Under the pieces are notes generated by a model. That model did no database searches. It was not told the DNA's origin and saw nothing but the letters and a program-made list of their open reading frames with translations. Both the position numbers and the translations under genes were made by a program. A stretch of DNA of 64,000 bases from Shigella phage ESh15, in the sequence record ON528725; one strand, 5' to 3'. This document shows, in pieces, positions 48,978 to 58,710 of this stretch; position 1 is the stretch's first letter, and each line of letters starts with the position of its first letter.

Positions 48978-48985
48978 TATTTATA
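48978..48985 (-). promoter_or_regulatory. T4 late promoter TATAAATA
   Basis: exact TATAAATA on minus strand about 35 nt upstream of the 48942 start. Confidence 0.6.
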
Positions 48986-48990
48986 CAAAA

Positions 48991-49014
48991 AAGCCCCAAC
49001 CTTTCGGAAGGGGC
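48991..49014 (-). terminator. rho-independent terminator
   Basis: minus-strand GCCCCUUCC-GAAA-GGUUGGGGC followed by UUUUUU. Confidence 0.6.
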
Positions 49015-49020
49015 TATATA

Positions 49021-49318
49021 CCTTGTCGGGGTTTCCACCTACTAAGGCAAGTGTTTGTACGAAACGCCGGGACTCGAACCCGGTTATTAAGCAGTTGACG
49101 CTACTCAATATTTTTAAAAGGCCATATCTCGACCATATCCGAACGTTCCGTCAAAAACGCTACTCGGCTTACGGCAAAGATATTTCCTCGAATCGATAAT
49201 TCGGTGCGCCGTTTCTGCTGTGATGTAAGGGGATATTAACGAATCATAAAGATTTATTAAGACCAGTCCTTACTCAGGGAACATCAGTCCGACGTCTTGC
49301 CGGTAGCGACCCGGCTTC
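49021..49318 (-). ncRNA. non-coding region with tRNA-like elements (degenerate tRNA remnant and/or small stable RNA)
   Basis: no ORF; minus-strand CCGGG-TTCGAGT-CCCGG T-arm with an acceptor-like CGGAACG/CGTTTCG pairing but no canonical cloverleaf or CCA; several other stem-loops. Confidence 0.35.
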
Positions 49319-49663
49319 TTATTTTGGCATATCATCAATTTGTTCTCGACGCCGACGCCATAGATTAATCGCTTCATTGGCACATTCTGCGTTTGGTATA
49401 TGACGGCAATAATATAATGATTCGCGTTTCTGGAACCGATGTTGCAATGGAATTTCGTTTAAAAGGTCTTTACGGTCAAAGTATTCAAAACTAGTTAACC
49501 CAGAACGGTTTTTAAGAAACTTCCAATGTCCGAATTCATTTTGAAAATAAACGTAATCAGCGTGTTGATATAACGAATTAATCAACCGGTCGGAAATAAC
49601 TGTATCCTGTTCGTTAAAATAAAACGTTAAATCATGAACTACCAAATAAATATTGCCTTTCAT
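49319..49663 (-). CDS. hypothetical protein
   Basis: 114 aa from internal Met with GAGGAAAAT RBS; begins 18 nt after tRNA-Arg. Confidence 0.45.
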   Translation of the reverse strand: MKGNIYLVVHDLTFYFNEQDTVISDRLINSLYQHADYVYFQNEFGHWKFLKNRSGLTSFEYFDRKDLLNEIPLQHRFQKRESLYYCRHIPNAECANEAINLWRRRREQIDDMPK

Positions 49664-49681
49664 ATTTTCCTCACTTGAAGT

Positions 49682-49758
<77 letters not shown>

Positions 49759-49761
49759 GAT

Positions 49762-49836
49762 TGGTGACCCTGGCTGGTTTCGATCCAGCTACCTATCAGT
49801 TATGAGCTGACAGCTCTCCCATTGAGCTACAGGGCC
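49762..49836 (-). tRNA. tRNA-Met or tRNA-Ile2 (anticodon CAU)
   Basis: hand-folded cloverleaf: acceptor GGCCCTG/CAGGGTC, D-arm GCTC-AATGGGA-GAGC, anticodon loop CTCATAA, T-arm GCTGG-ATCGAAA-CCAGC, encoded CCA. Confidence 0.8.
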
Positions 49837-49915
49837 TAAATAACTTTCTATTATGAAAGGCACTTTATAGCACCTTTGGTAATAGAGGGTATGAATTAAT
49901 AATAACACATAATTC

Positions 49916-50431
49916 TTAAAGCAAATCAATCATTTTAACAGTCGGCAAAACAATTTCTTCTTCAATATAAGCGAATTCAACACGTTCAACTACACGCAAG
50001 AAATCGTAATCATAGTATTCAGAAGCATAGCCAAGAATATCAATAAGTCCTTGAGATATCTCATCGCCTTTCACAAAGAACAGGTCGAATACGCGGGCTT
50101 CGTCTTCTTCAGATTTATCACCAAGGTCTACTTCGATACCAAAGACCTTTTTAATAAATTCCGGTTGGAGTTGGTCTGAGAACAGTCCTTCAACCAAGTA
50201 TTCATAGATTAAAAGCGAGCAATCACTGAATGGTGTATTGCCACAGTAACGTTCAGCTTTAGTGCTGGAATGTCGGCTCTTAAATTTCTTCAAGAGGTAT
50301 TTGAACTGTTGGAGCTCATGCTCTCCCACTTCAAACAATGTTTTGGTTTTATAGTTGTCACCATCATTTTCATAGGTAGTGACATCAATTACGTAGCCCT
50401 TAGGAATTGTACTGCCTAAACAAATATTCAT
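49916..50431 (-). CDS. hypothetical protein
   Basis: 171 aa ORF. Confidence 0.5.
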   Translation of the reverse strand: MNICLGSTIPKGYVIDVTTYENDGDNYKTKTLFEVGEHELQQFKYLLKKFKSRHSSTKAERYCGNTPFSDCSLLIYEYLVEGLFSDQLQPEFIKKVFGIEVDLGDKSEEDEARVFDLFFVKGDEISQGLIDILGYASEYYDYDFLRVVERVEFAYIEEEIVLPTVKMIDLL

Positions 50432-50435
50432 TTAC

Positions 50436-50726
50436 TCACCGTACCATATTAATGTAATTATATTCAATGCAACGTAATTTCAAAGGATTCTTGAAAATAT
50501 CATATTCAAGAGGGCCTTTTTCTGTTTCAATAAAGAAATCAAAGTTCACACTATTAAATTTGCGGTCTTCCCAAAGTAATTTAACTTGCGAAGATGAACG
50601 GTCGATATAAACCTTTTCAACCTCAAAGTTAGTCAGAATACCGTAGTCATCGACTAGTGCTTTAGCTGCACGTTGATCGCTTTCATATCCATTCTCAACG
50701 GATTTTACCTTAGCATAAAGAATCAT
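50436..50726 (-). CDS. hypothetical protein
   Basis: 96 aa ORF. Confidence 0.45.
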   Translation of the reverse strand: MILYAKVKSVENGYESDQRAAKALVDDYGILTNFEVEKVYIDRSSSQVKLLWEDRKFNSVNFDFFIETEKGPLEYDIFKNPLKLRCIEYNYINMVR

Positions 50727-51103
50727 GAGTGTTCCACCATTTCAAAGGTATGAGCATCAACAATATGATACCAGTCAAAATTTTCTTCTGCTTTTTTATA
50801 AATTTCGCGAAGAGCCTCAACAGTTTTTCCTGTAGCAACAAGGTCGTTAATACCGCCAAGAGGATAACAGTCGTAACCGGCAAACAGAAGGAAATTAATA
50901 GTTTCTGTAGGGGCCGGATGCAGTGTACCATTGTCATCGACTACTTCAAAGAACATATAACCAGGCGATTTAGATTTAATCCAAGCCCATGCTTGAGCTG
51001 CTGAATCAAATGGTCTGCGTATCAAACGACAATCAGGGTCTTTAGAAGGATTTGCTTCAAAATCCGCATATACATGATATTTCATTTTACTCACCTTTTG
51101 CAA
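50723..51103 (-). CDS. hypothetical protein
   Basis: 126 aa ORF. Confidence 0.45.
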   Translation of the reverse strand: MQKVSKMKYHVYADFEANPSKDPDCRLIRRPFDSAAQAWAWIKSKSPGYMFFEVVDDNGTLHPAPTETINFLLFAGYDCYPLGGINDLVATGKTVEALREIYKKAEENFDWYHIVDAHTFEMVEHS

Positions 51104-51272
51104 TTTTATCCATAACGATAGCGATTAAGCCGATTAGAAATGCTACTACCAATGAGATAGAATTTTCTGTTGTTGTCAGTAGTCCACAAATGAATCCTAC
51201 AAACATCGAAAAACTAAAAGCCATTGAAGCAATTACTACAGCAACATTACGAATCAGTTCAGCGCGTTTCAT
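51087..51272 (-). CDS. small membrane protein
   Basis: 61 aa, hydrophobic. Confidence 0.4.
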   Translation of the reverse strand: MKRAELIRNVAVVIASMAFSFSMFVGFICGLLTTTENSISLVVAFLIGLIAIVMDKIAKGE

Positions 51273-51341
51273 TTTATTCTCCTCAGTAGTTGATAGGGTA
51301 ATAGTATCACTACCCTATCTAAAAGTAAACGGTTTTATAAA

Positions 51342-51650
51342 CTATTTTATTCCGCGTGATGCAATCGTATTCTGCCGTTTAACGCCAGTTTGTTTAAAGT
51401 TATGATTGTCGAGTTGATCGGTACGAGCAACTCCGAATGATGATTTAATCTTAGCTTTAGATCCTTTAGTTATAGAAATAAACATCTCGGGAGCCCCTTT
51501 CTTAAAGTCCGAAGCAATTACTTCAACACCGTTCTTAGCAAGTGACCTCAGAATTGCTTCCGCATACTCATCATCAAGACCCGCTTGAGTATGAATAACG
51601 AATGTCTTTGGTGCAGCTGCTTCACAGATAAATTCTTTAAATGTTTTCAT
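51342..51650 (-). CDS. internal protein with capsid-targeting sequence
   Basis: N-terminus MKTFKEFICE. Confidence 0.65.
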   Translation of the reverse strand: MKTFKEFICEAAAPKTFVIHTQAGLDDEYAEAILRSLAKNGVEVIASDFKKGAPEMFISITKGSKAKIKSSFGVARTDQLDNHNFKQTGVKRQNTIASRGIK

Positions 51651-51713
51651 TTTATTTTCCTAATTAATTTTGATAGGACTACTATAACATAGTCCTATCA
51701 GCATGTAAACTAC

Positions 51714-52001
51714 TTACAGAAGAGTTTTTGCAATAATTTTAAGCTGAGCTACAGAAATATGCTTAGCTTTAAACAGTGCAGTCTCTTCAGCTGGAGAGAT
51801 AACAATAGTAGCGCCATCTTTCTTAGCAGACCATCCATCACCTAAGTAAACAGTACCTTTTACTTCTTCGCCGTCAACCAGACTAATCATTGGTTTACCC
51901 TCACGTCCTTTATTTGCTTTAATAACTTCGGAAGTAAGGGTTGCTTCAGTCAGAGTAGAAACGTTAGCAACAGGTGATATAAATTCTTTATAGGTTTTCA
52001 T
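51714..52001 (-). CDS. internal protein with capsid-targeting sequence
   Basis: N-terminus MKTYKEFISP. Confidence 0.6.
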   Translation of the reverse strand: MKTYKEFISPVANVSTLTEATLTSEVIKANKGREGKPMISLVDGEEVKGTVYLGDGWSAKKDGATIVISPAEETALFKAKHISVAQLKIIAKTLL

Positions 52002-52078
52002 TTTATTTCCTTGAGGTCGTTTATTTGATAGGATGATAGTATCACACCGTCATCCTTATGTAAACTGTTTTGTGAAAA

Positions 52079-52764
<686 letters not shown>

Positions 52765-52768
52765 TTTA

Positions 52769-53503
52769 TTACCTTAAGATTGTTTCAATTTTAGAATAAA
52801 GCTCTTCTAAAGAGCCGTCGTTTGTAATAACTAAATCGCCTTCTTCAATAGGCAACCCAGCTTCTGTAATATGTTTATCTGTGGATTCCATACCGGAGCG
52901 AACCACATGAATAACTGTAGCACCCATCGCTCTAGCGGTTTCCATTTCATGGACTTGACGTGTATCGGTTACGACATAGTAATCGAAATCACTTCCAATA
53001 TAATCCATATAGTTTAATGCAAAAAGCTTAACCCAATACATACGGTCAAATAAATTAACGACAACATCCGTACCGAGGGCTTGCATAAGACGGCGGATTG
53101 ACCATGTGTCGTTGATATTATTTATAGCTTCACGCAGGGCTTCATATGGTTTAATATCTAGATATGAATATCCACCTTCTAACGATGATAATACTTTAAC
53201 ATTATTAATTGGTAAATATTGACTTTGTAAATAAATTAGCGTTTCTTCCAATAATTCAATAACATCCAACTTATTGAGATTTAATGGTGTTTCACGATCG
53301 TATCCAACACCTTCAAAGTATTCGTATTTCAACTCGGTGAATACATCAGGGTTTTCAGCATGTTTACGACCCCAGGCTATTGCTAGAGCGTCTTTAATCG
53401 GATATGCTAATTGATATTTTACAGATTTAAAGTTTGAATTGATGTAATCAGCAGTAGTGTCTTTACCACTACGTTTGATGCCACTTAAAAAGATTAGCTC
53501 CAT
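52769..53503 (-). CDS. 1: deoxynucleoside monophosphate kinase
   Basis: 244 aa; P-loop FLSGIKRSGKDTTADY; C-terminus matches T4 gp1 pattern. Confidence 0.9.
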   Translation of the reverse strand: MELIFLSGIKRSGKDTTADYINSNFKSVKYQLAYPIKDALAIAWGRKHAENPDVFTELKYEYFEGVGYDRETPLNLNKLDVIELLEETLIYLQSQYLPINNVKVLSSLEGGYSYLDIKPYEALREAINNINDTWSIRRLMQALGTDVVVNLFDRMYWVKLFALNYMDYIGSDFDYYVVTDTRQVHEMETARAMGATVIHVVRSGMESTDKHITEAGLPIEEGDLVITNDGSLEELYSKIETILR

Positions 53504-53556
53504 AGGTTTTCCTCATATAATTTATGAGCGATTATAACATACGGAGCTAGAAGCGA

Positions 53557-54141
53557 TTAACGCAAGGAAGGGTGTCTAGAAATGGATTTAGATTCGACCG
53601 CTTGACGTGGTTGTTGAGATACAATGACTTCACCATCTTTTTCTATCGTCATATACGCGAAGTGAATAGTTGCTACGCACGTAACGGCAGGGTCAGAGTC
53701 TTCAGTGTAACTAAATTCAATTTCGCTCAAATCGGAAATCCATGGTTTATAGAAATTTGCCGTCAAAACGACTTCTGTCTTATTGTTGTTTAAAATGTGC
53801 AAAGTAACAAACTCAGGACCATCGGCATGGGCCGTATTATGACCTGTTATATAGTTATTAGTGCTGAGCATCCATTTATACATGTTCATCCAGGACGTCA
53901 TGTCTTCATCAACTATAAATCGTACAATAAAAGGGTCATATTCAAATGTAGTGCCTGCACGCATTGCACGTCCTAACCCCATTGTGCCCGTCACAGTTTC
54001 AACAACAGGAATTCTCACACCAGGTAATGGAGCCGTTTGGGCATTGAGCACAAAACCTGAAGTTCGTGTACTATCCGGGATATCCACAACAAAGTTTGTT
54101 ATATTTGTTTGGTTAAAAATCTGTCTCGCTGGACGAGTCAT
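53557..54141 (-). CDS. 3: tail completion / sheath stabilizer protein
   Basis: ATG with GAGG RBS (ORF-track start is GTG 6 nt upstream); synteny 1-3-2-4. Confidence 0.6.
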   Translation of the reverse strand: MTRPARQIFNQTNITNFVVDIPDSTRTSGFVLNAQTAPLPGVRIPVVETVTGTMGLGRAMRAGTTFEYDPFIVRFIVDEDMTSWMNMYKWMLSTNNYITGHNTAHADGPEFVTLHILNNNKTEVVLTANFYKPWISDLSEIEFSYTEDSDPAVTCVATIHFAYMTIEKDGEVIVSQQPRQAVESKSISRHPSLR

Positions 54142-54243
54142 AAGCACCTCAAAAACGCTTTAATAAAAATGCAGTATAATGGTTTTAGGTCTCTTCCATT
54201 AATCCGGTTCAACAGAATATCAGAAGAACGGAAGAGAATAGAA

Positions 54244-55065
54244 TTAAGATTTCCAAACAGTATTCGCAGAGAAACGTTTTCCTTTTGACATAAACTGCTG
54301 AGTAGGTAACATGATTATGTTAGCCCAGTCTTTAGGAGCTATTTCTGTTATTGTTCCTCTAATGTGGCCTGGCAGGTATGCTTTAATCATTTTGTCAGCA
54401 CCTTGAAATCCTTTCACCTTGCTCCAGTCTATCTTCAACTTTGTGTTATTAGTAATTGTAGTTGTGCTAGCATATTGCTTCAGCAATTCTTCAAGAAACT
54501 GTTGACGTGCTTTAGGCGGGATATAGTGCAAGTTTAACCCATACATCAAATTATGTTTACCTAATCCTAAATAAATAATCAAAGGATATCGGTCCCAATA
54601 TGGCAGAGTATCTTTATGTTTAGCATCATACACGTAAGTATAAATTTTGCCTGGCGTAGGCTTGACTACTTTATGACCTTTTACACTTTTCTTAATTGTT
54701 TCAACAAACCACTTAGTTGATTTGTTGTTTACTGCTGCGCCTTCATTTCTAATCTTTTCTCGTATTGAACTGCGAAACGAGTTTATCATCAGAAGTTGAC
54801 GTTCTTGTTTATTGAGTTTATTTTTAGGTTTAGATTCAAGCGTTTCAATTTTCTGTGCAGTCTTAATAGATGATGCATATCTAGACATTGCAGATGTAAA
54901 AGACGAGTATTTTATTCCTTTTGATTCTGCAAATGCTTTTGCAGTGATTCCTTTCTCTTTAGCTTTCTTGTATTCTAATCCTATCTCAATCCATTTTCTT
55001 TCATTCATAGACTGAGCAATCTTAGGGGCTTGTACGCCTTCAGATATAATTTGGAATATGCTCAT
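54244..55065 (-). CDS. 2: DNA end protector protein
   Basis: 273 aa, basic; synteny and length as T4 gp2. Confidence 0.75.
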   Translation of the reverse strand: MSIFQIISEGVQAPKIAQSMNERKWIEIGLEYKKAKEKGITAKAFAESKGIKYSSFTSAMSRYASSIKTAQKIETLESKPKNKLNKQERQLLMINSFRSSIREKIRNEGAAVNNKSTKWFVETIKKSVKGHKVVKPTPGKIYTYVYDAKHKDTLPYWDRYPLIIYLGLGKHNLMYGLNLHYIPPKARQQFLEELLKQYASTTTITNNTKLKIDWSKVKGFQGADKMIKAYLPGHIRGTITEIAPKDWANIIMLPTQQFMSKGKRFSANTVWKS

Positions 55066-55067
55066 AA

Positions 55068-55517
55068 TTACCCCTTGTATCCGAGTTTCCTAAGTCCGTC
55101 TTCGGTTAGAACTCGAAATTTTATATTTCTCTTTTCAGCAACAGCTGAAGCAGCTTTCCATTTGTCACAGTTCACAGACCAGGTATATATTTCATTCATA
55201 TAACGTTTCTTTGCTGCGGTAGTAAGATTTGCAGGCTTAATAGGTGGTTGAGTTTCTTTCTTTGGTTTTATTTCTACAAAAAACTCTTGACCTGATGCAT
55301 CTTTCATCCATATGTCCATATAGTATCGACGTTTCTTACCTTCAGCATTACAAAAATATGGAATTACTGCTGTTTCACTACCCCATGCAATAATTTCTGG
55401 ATTTTTATCCAACCATTCGAAAAAGAATTTTTCCCAGTTTGAACGATACGTTATTTTGGTATGGTCTCCACGGTATTTTTTTAAATTTTTTGGGACCCAT
55501 TTACCAGAGTAGGCCAT
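55068..55517 (-). CDS. 4: head completion protein
   Basis: 149 aa from [11 protein letters not shown] with AAGGAGG RBS; ORF-track 5' extension unlikely. Confidence 0.8.
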   Translation of the reverse strand: MAYSGKWVPKNLKKYRGDHTKITYRSNWEKFFFEWLDKNPEIIAWGSETAVIPYFCNAEGKKRRYYMDIWMKDASGQEFFVEIKPKKETQPPIKPANLTTAAKKRYMNEIYTWSVNCDKWKAASAVAEKRNIKFRVLTEDGLRKLGYKG

Positions 55518-55528
55518 GTTGTCCTCCT

Positions 55529-55536
55529 TATAAATA
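55529..55536 (+). promoter_or_regulatory. T4 late promoter TATAAATA for baseplate operon
   Basis: exact TATAAATA about 43 nt upstream of gene 53 start. Confidence 0.65.
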
Positions 55537-55543
55537 GTATTAT

Positions 55544-55551
55544 TATTTATA
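55544..55551 (-). promoter_or_regulatory. T4 late promoter TATAAATA for gene 4 (divergent)
   Basis: exact TATAAATA on minus strand about 27 nt upstream of gene 4 ATG. Confidence 0.6.
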
Positions 55552-55578
55552 CCAATTTCATATTGGAAGGAGACTATT

Positions 55579-56154
55579 TTGTTATTTACATTCTTCGACC
55601 CAATAGGATATAGTGCTAAAACAGTTGATAAGAATGCACCTACTATTCCTATGACAGACATATTTCGTAACTATAAAGAGTACTTTAAGCGTGTTGCTGC
55701 CAATTATAGATTACGTTCTTATTATATTAAAGGCTCTCCGCGTCCTGAAGAACTAGCAAACATAATTTATGGCAACCCTCAATTATACTGGGTCCTTTTG
55801 ATGTGTAATGATAACTATGACCCATATTATGGTTGGATTACATCTCAGGAAGCAGCGTATCAAGCTTCTATTCAGAAATATGCAAATGCTGGCGGAGACC
55901 AAATTCTTTATCATATTAACGAGAACCGTGAGAAATTTTACAATTTAGTTTCATATCCAGACGAGCCTTTAGTGTGGTACGATAAAGGTGACGAAGCTCG
56001 CAAATATCCGCAATATAAAGGGCCTTTAGCTGCTGTAGATACTTATGAAGCGGCAGTATTAGATAATGAAAAACTTCGTAAAATAAAAATTGTTGCAAAA
56101 GAAGATATAAACTCGTTTATTACTGATTTGATTCGTGAGATGGAGATTGCATAA
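55579..56154 (+). CDS. 53: baseplate wedge protein
   Basis: 191 aa; MLFTFFDPIGYSAKTVDKNAPTIPMTDIFRNYK matches T4 gp53; apparent TTG start codon with AAGGAG RBS. Confidence 0.9.
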   Translation: MLFTFFDPIGYSAKTVDKNAPTIPMTDIFRNYKEYFKRVAANYRLRSYYIKGSPRPEELANIIYGNPQLYWVLLMCNDNYDPYYGWITSQEAAYQASIQKYANAGGDQILYHINENREKFYNLVSYPDEPLVWYDKGDEARKYPQYKGPLAAVDTYEAAVLDNEKLRKIKIVAKEDINSFITDLIREMEIA

Positions 56155-57887
56155 TGGAAATGATTAGTAGTAGCCTTAATTGGTTCGTGGGTGTTGTCGA
56201 GGACAGAATGGACCCATTAAAACAAGGGCGAGTTCGAGTTCGAGTCGTTGGTCTTCATCCGGCACAGAGAGCACAAGGTGATGTGCAAGGTATTCCTACA
56301 GAAAAACTTCCATGGATGACTGTTATTCAACCTATTACGTCTGCATCAATGTCAGGTATTGGTGGTTCTGTTACAGGTCCTGTTGAAGGAACTCGAGTAT
56401 ATGGTCATTTCTTAGACAAATGGAAAACAAACGGAATTGTACTTGGTACATATGGCGGAATCGTACGTGAAAAGCCTAATAGACTTGAAGGTTTTTCAGA
56501 CCCGACAGGCCAGTATCCACGACGTTTAGGTAATGATACGAACGTATTAAACCAAGGTGGTGAAGCTGGTTATTATTCAAACTCTAACGTAATTCAAGAT
56601 AACAACTTAGATTATGGTATAAACCCAGATGATACAGATTTAGCAAATATTCCAGAAGATGATGACCCTAATTTTACAATAACAGAAATGTTACGTCGTG
56701 ACGAAGGTCTTCGTGATAAAGTGTATTGGGACCATCTCGGATATCCTACAGTAGGTATTGGACACCTTATCGTAATGGAAAAGACCCGAGATATGTCTCG
56801 AATTAATAAATTGTTATCTGATCAAGTAGGGCGTGAAGTAACAGGAAATCCAGGAACTATTACATTAGAAGAAGCAACAGCGTTATTTGAGAAAGACCTT
56901 GCTAAGATGCAGAAAGACATTCGTTCTAATTCTAAAGTAGGTCCTGTTTATGCTAAAATGAACAGATCTCGTCAAATGGCATTAGAAAACATGTGCTTCC
57001 AAATGGGCGTTGGTGGTGTAGCAAAATTCAATACTATGCTTAAAGCAATGGCCACAGGTGATTGGAAAACTGCATACAAATCTGGGCGCGATTCATTATG
57101 GTTCCAACAGACTAAAGGACGTGCTTCACGCGTAACAACAATTATTTTAACTGGTAACATGGAATCATACGGTGTTCCTGTTAAAACACCACCTTCACCA
57201 GGAGTTGGTGCCGATTTAGTTACTAGAAATACCGATTCAGAAGACCCAGCCGGTCCTCCTGTTCCATTAGATTCACGTATCCTTTTTAAAGAACCGGAAT
57301 CAAGTTATCGCGGTGAGTATCCGTATGTTCATGCTATGGAAACAGAAAGTGGTCATATCCAAGAATTTGACGATACTCCAGGTAATGAACGTTATCGATT
57401 AGTTCATCCAACAGGGTCATATGAGGAAGTTTCTCCATCCGGGCGTCGTACTCGTAAAACTGTAGAAGACCTTTTTGACATCACTAATGGTGATGGGAAC
57501 TTCTTGATTTCTGGTGATAAACTTGTTAACGTTGGTGCTAATGAAATATATTATAACATGGCAGACCGCCTCCATCAAATAGACGGCAATGACACAATCT
57601 TTATTCGTGGTAACCAAACTAAAACTGTTGAAGGCGATGGAACTCTTTACGTTAAGGGTAATATCAAAATAGTTGTTGACGGAAATGCAGATATTCTTGT
57701 TAAAGGTGATGCTAAAACTCAGGTCGAAGGGAATCATGATTACACCGTCAACGGAAACGTTAAATGGACTGTTAATGGTAATGTTGATATGACTGTTGCC
57801 GGGGATTGGGCAGAAACAATGTCTACAATGAGCTCAGTAGCTTCAGGACAATACACTGTTGACGGATCTCGTATTGATATTGGGTAA
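56154..57887 (+). CDS. 5: baseplate hub subunit and tail lysozyme
   Basis: 577 aa; OB-fold N-terminus, lysozyme domain (FTITEMLRRDEGLRDKVYWDHLGYPTVGIGHL), C-terminal beta-helix repeats (VxGxxxxx). Confidence 0.95.
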   Translation: MEMISSSLNWFVGVVEDRMDPLKQGRVRVRVVGLHPAQRAQGDVQGIPTEKLPWMTVIQPITSASMSGIGGSVTGPVEGTRVYGHFLDKWKTNGIVLGTYGGIVREKPNRLEGFSDPTGQYPRRLGNDTNVLNQGGEAGYYSNSNVIQDNNLDYGINPDDTDLANIPEDDDPNFTITEMLRRDEGLRDKVYWDHLGYPTVGIGHLIVMEKTRDMSRINKLLSDQVGREVTGNPGTITLEEATALFEKDLAKMQKDIRSNSKVGPVYAKMNRSRQMALENMCFQMGVGGVAKFNTMLKAMATGDWKTAYKSGRDSLWFQQTKGRASRVTTIILTGNMESYGVPVKTPPSPGVGADLVTRNTDSEDPAGPPVPLDSRILFKEPESSYRGEYPYVHAMETESGHIQEFDDTPGNERYRLVHPTGSYEEVSPSGRRTRKTVEDLFDITNGDGNFLISGDKLVNVGANEIYYNMADRLHQIDGNDTIFIRGNQTKTVEGDGTLYVKGNIKIVVDGNADILVKGDAKTQVEGNHDYTVNGNVKWTVNGNVDMTVAGDWAETMSTMSSVASGQYTVDGSRIDIG

Positions 57888-57890
57888 TAT

Positions 57891-58406
57891 ATGGCACAAA
57901 TACTTCCTTTAAATACCGACTTAGGAGAAGACATGGAAGGGGCGTCTATTGACGTCCTTTTTACTCCACAGTTAGAAACAACCGAAACTTTAGTGTCAAT
58001 AAATATAATAGATTATGAACCGACACAAGGCATTACGGTAGATGGTAATCATTTATATGGAACATATGAAAGTGTATTTAGCTTTTCTTCAGACGCATTG
58101 AAATATCGATTAAATGATGATTTTAAAACTGCATCTTCATGGGATGATTTACCGAAAGATGAATCCACACAGTTATATTTGTGGAGAGCTCCTCAGAATC
58201 TTCGTAAAGTGTTTAGTTATACGGTTGAAATGATTTATAACTACCAAGAAGAAAGTTCATCAGGCGGTTCTAGAAGTGACTCTGGTACAGAACCTCCACC
58301 GGCTCCAGTACAAAAAACTCTTACTAAGGTTTATACAAAAACTATAGTAGGAAATTGGAGCAAATGGGCACAACAATTACGAAACTATGTTTATATGAGG
58401 CCATAA
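57891..58406 (+). CDS. 5.1: hypothetical protein (5.1 position)
   Basis: 171 aa ORF, synteny. Confidence 0.6.
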   Translation: MAQILPLNTDLGEDMEGASIDVLFTPQLETTETLVSINIIDYEPTQGITVDGNHLYGTYESVFSFSSDALKYRLNDDFKTASSWDDLPKDESTQLYLWRAPQNLRKVFSYTVEMIYNYQEESSSGGSRSDSGTEPPPAPVQKTLTKVYTKTIVGNWSKWAQQLRNYVYMRP

Positions 58407-58408
58407 AA

Positions 58409-58702
58409 ATGTCTGGCTTAAGTTACGACAAGTGCGTTACAACAGGTCATGAAGCATGGCCTCCTACTATAATAAATGCTTCCCAATCTAAAGTGTTCAC
58501 CGGCGGTATTCCTGTTCTTGTGGCAGGAGACCAAATAACACCTCATACAGAAATTAAAAAACCATACGAGACTCATGGAGGTGTTACTGAACCTCGTACA
58601 TCTAAAGTATATGTCACCGGTAAAAAAGCCGTTCAAATGGCTGACCCAATTTCATGCGGGGATACTGTTTCTCAGGCCTCGTCAAAAGTCTTTATAAAAT
58701 AG
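58409..58702 (+). CDS. 5.4: PAAR-repeat spike tip protein
   Basis: 97 aa from [19 protein letters not shown]; same length as T4 gp5.4. Confidence 0.8.
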   Translation: MSGLSYDKCVTTGHEAWPPTIINASQSKVFTGGIPVLVAGDQITPHTEIKKPYETHGGVTEPRTSKVYVTGKKAVQMADPISCGDTVSQASSKVFIK

Positions 58703-58710
58703 GAATTAAA

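Noticed and set aside
57560-57830. Periodic short repeats in DNA
   Set aside because: They encode the octapeptide beta-helix repeats (VxGxxxxx) of the gp5 C-terminal needle; not a CRISPR array or mobile element.
58693-58700. TATAAAAT late-promoter-like motif before gene 6
   Set aside because: Only 11 nt from the start codon, so a transcript would lack the RBS; not an exact TATAAATA.
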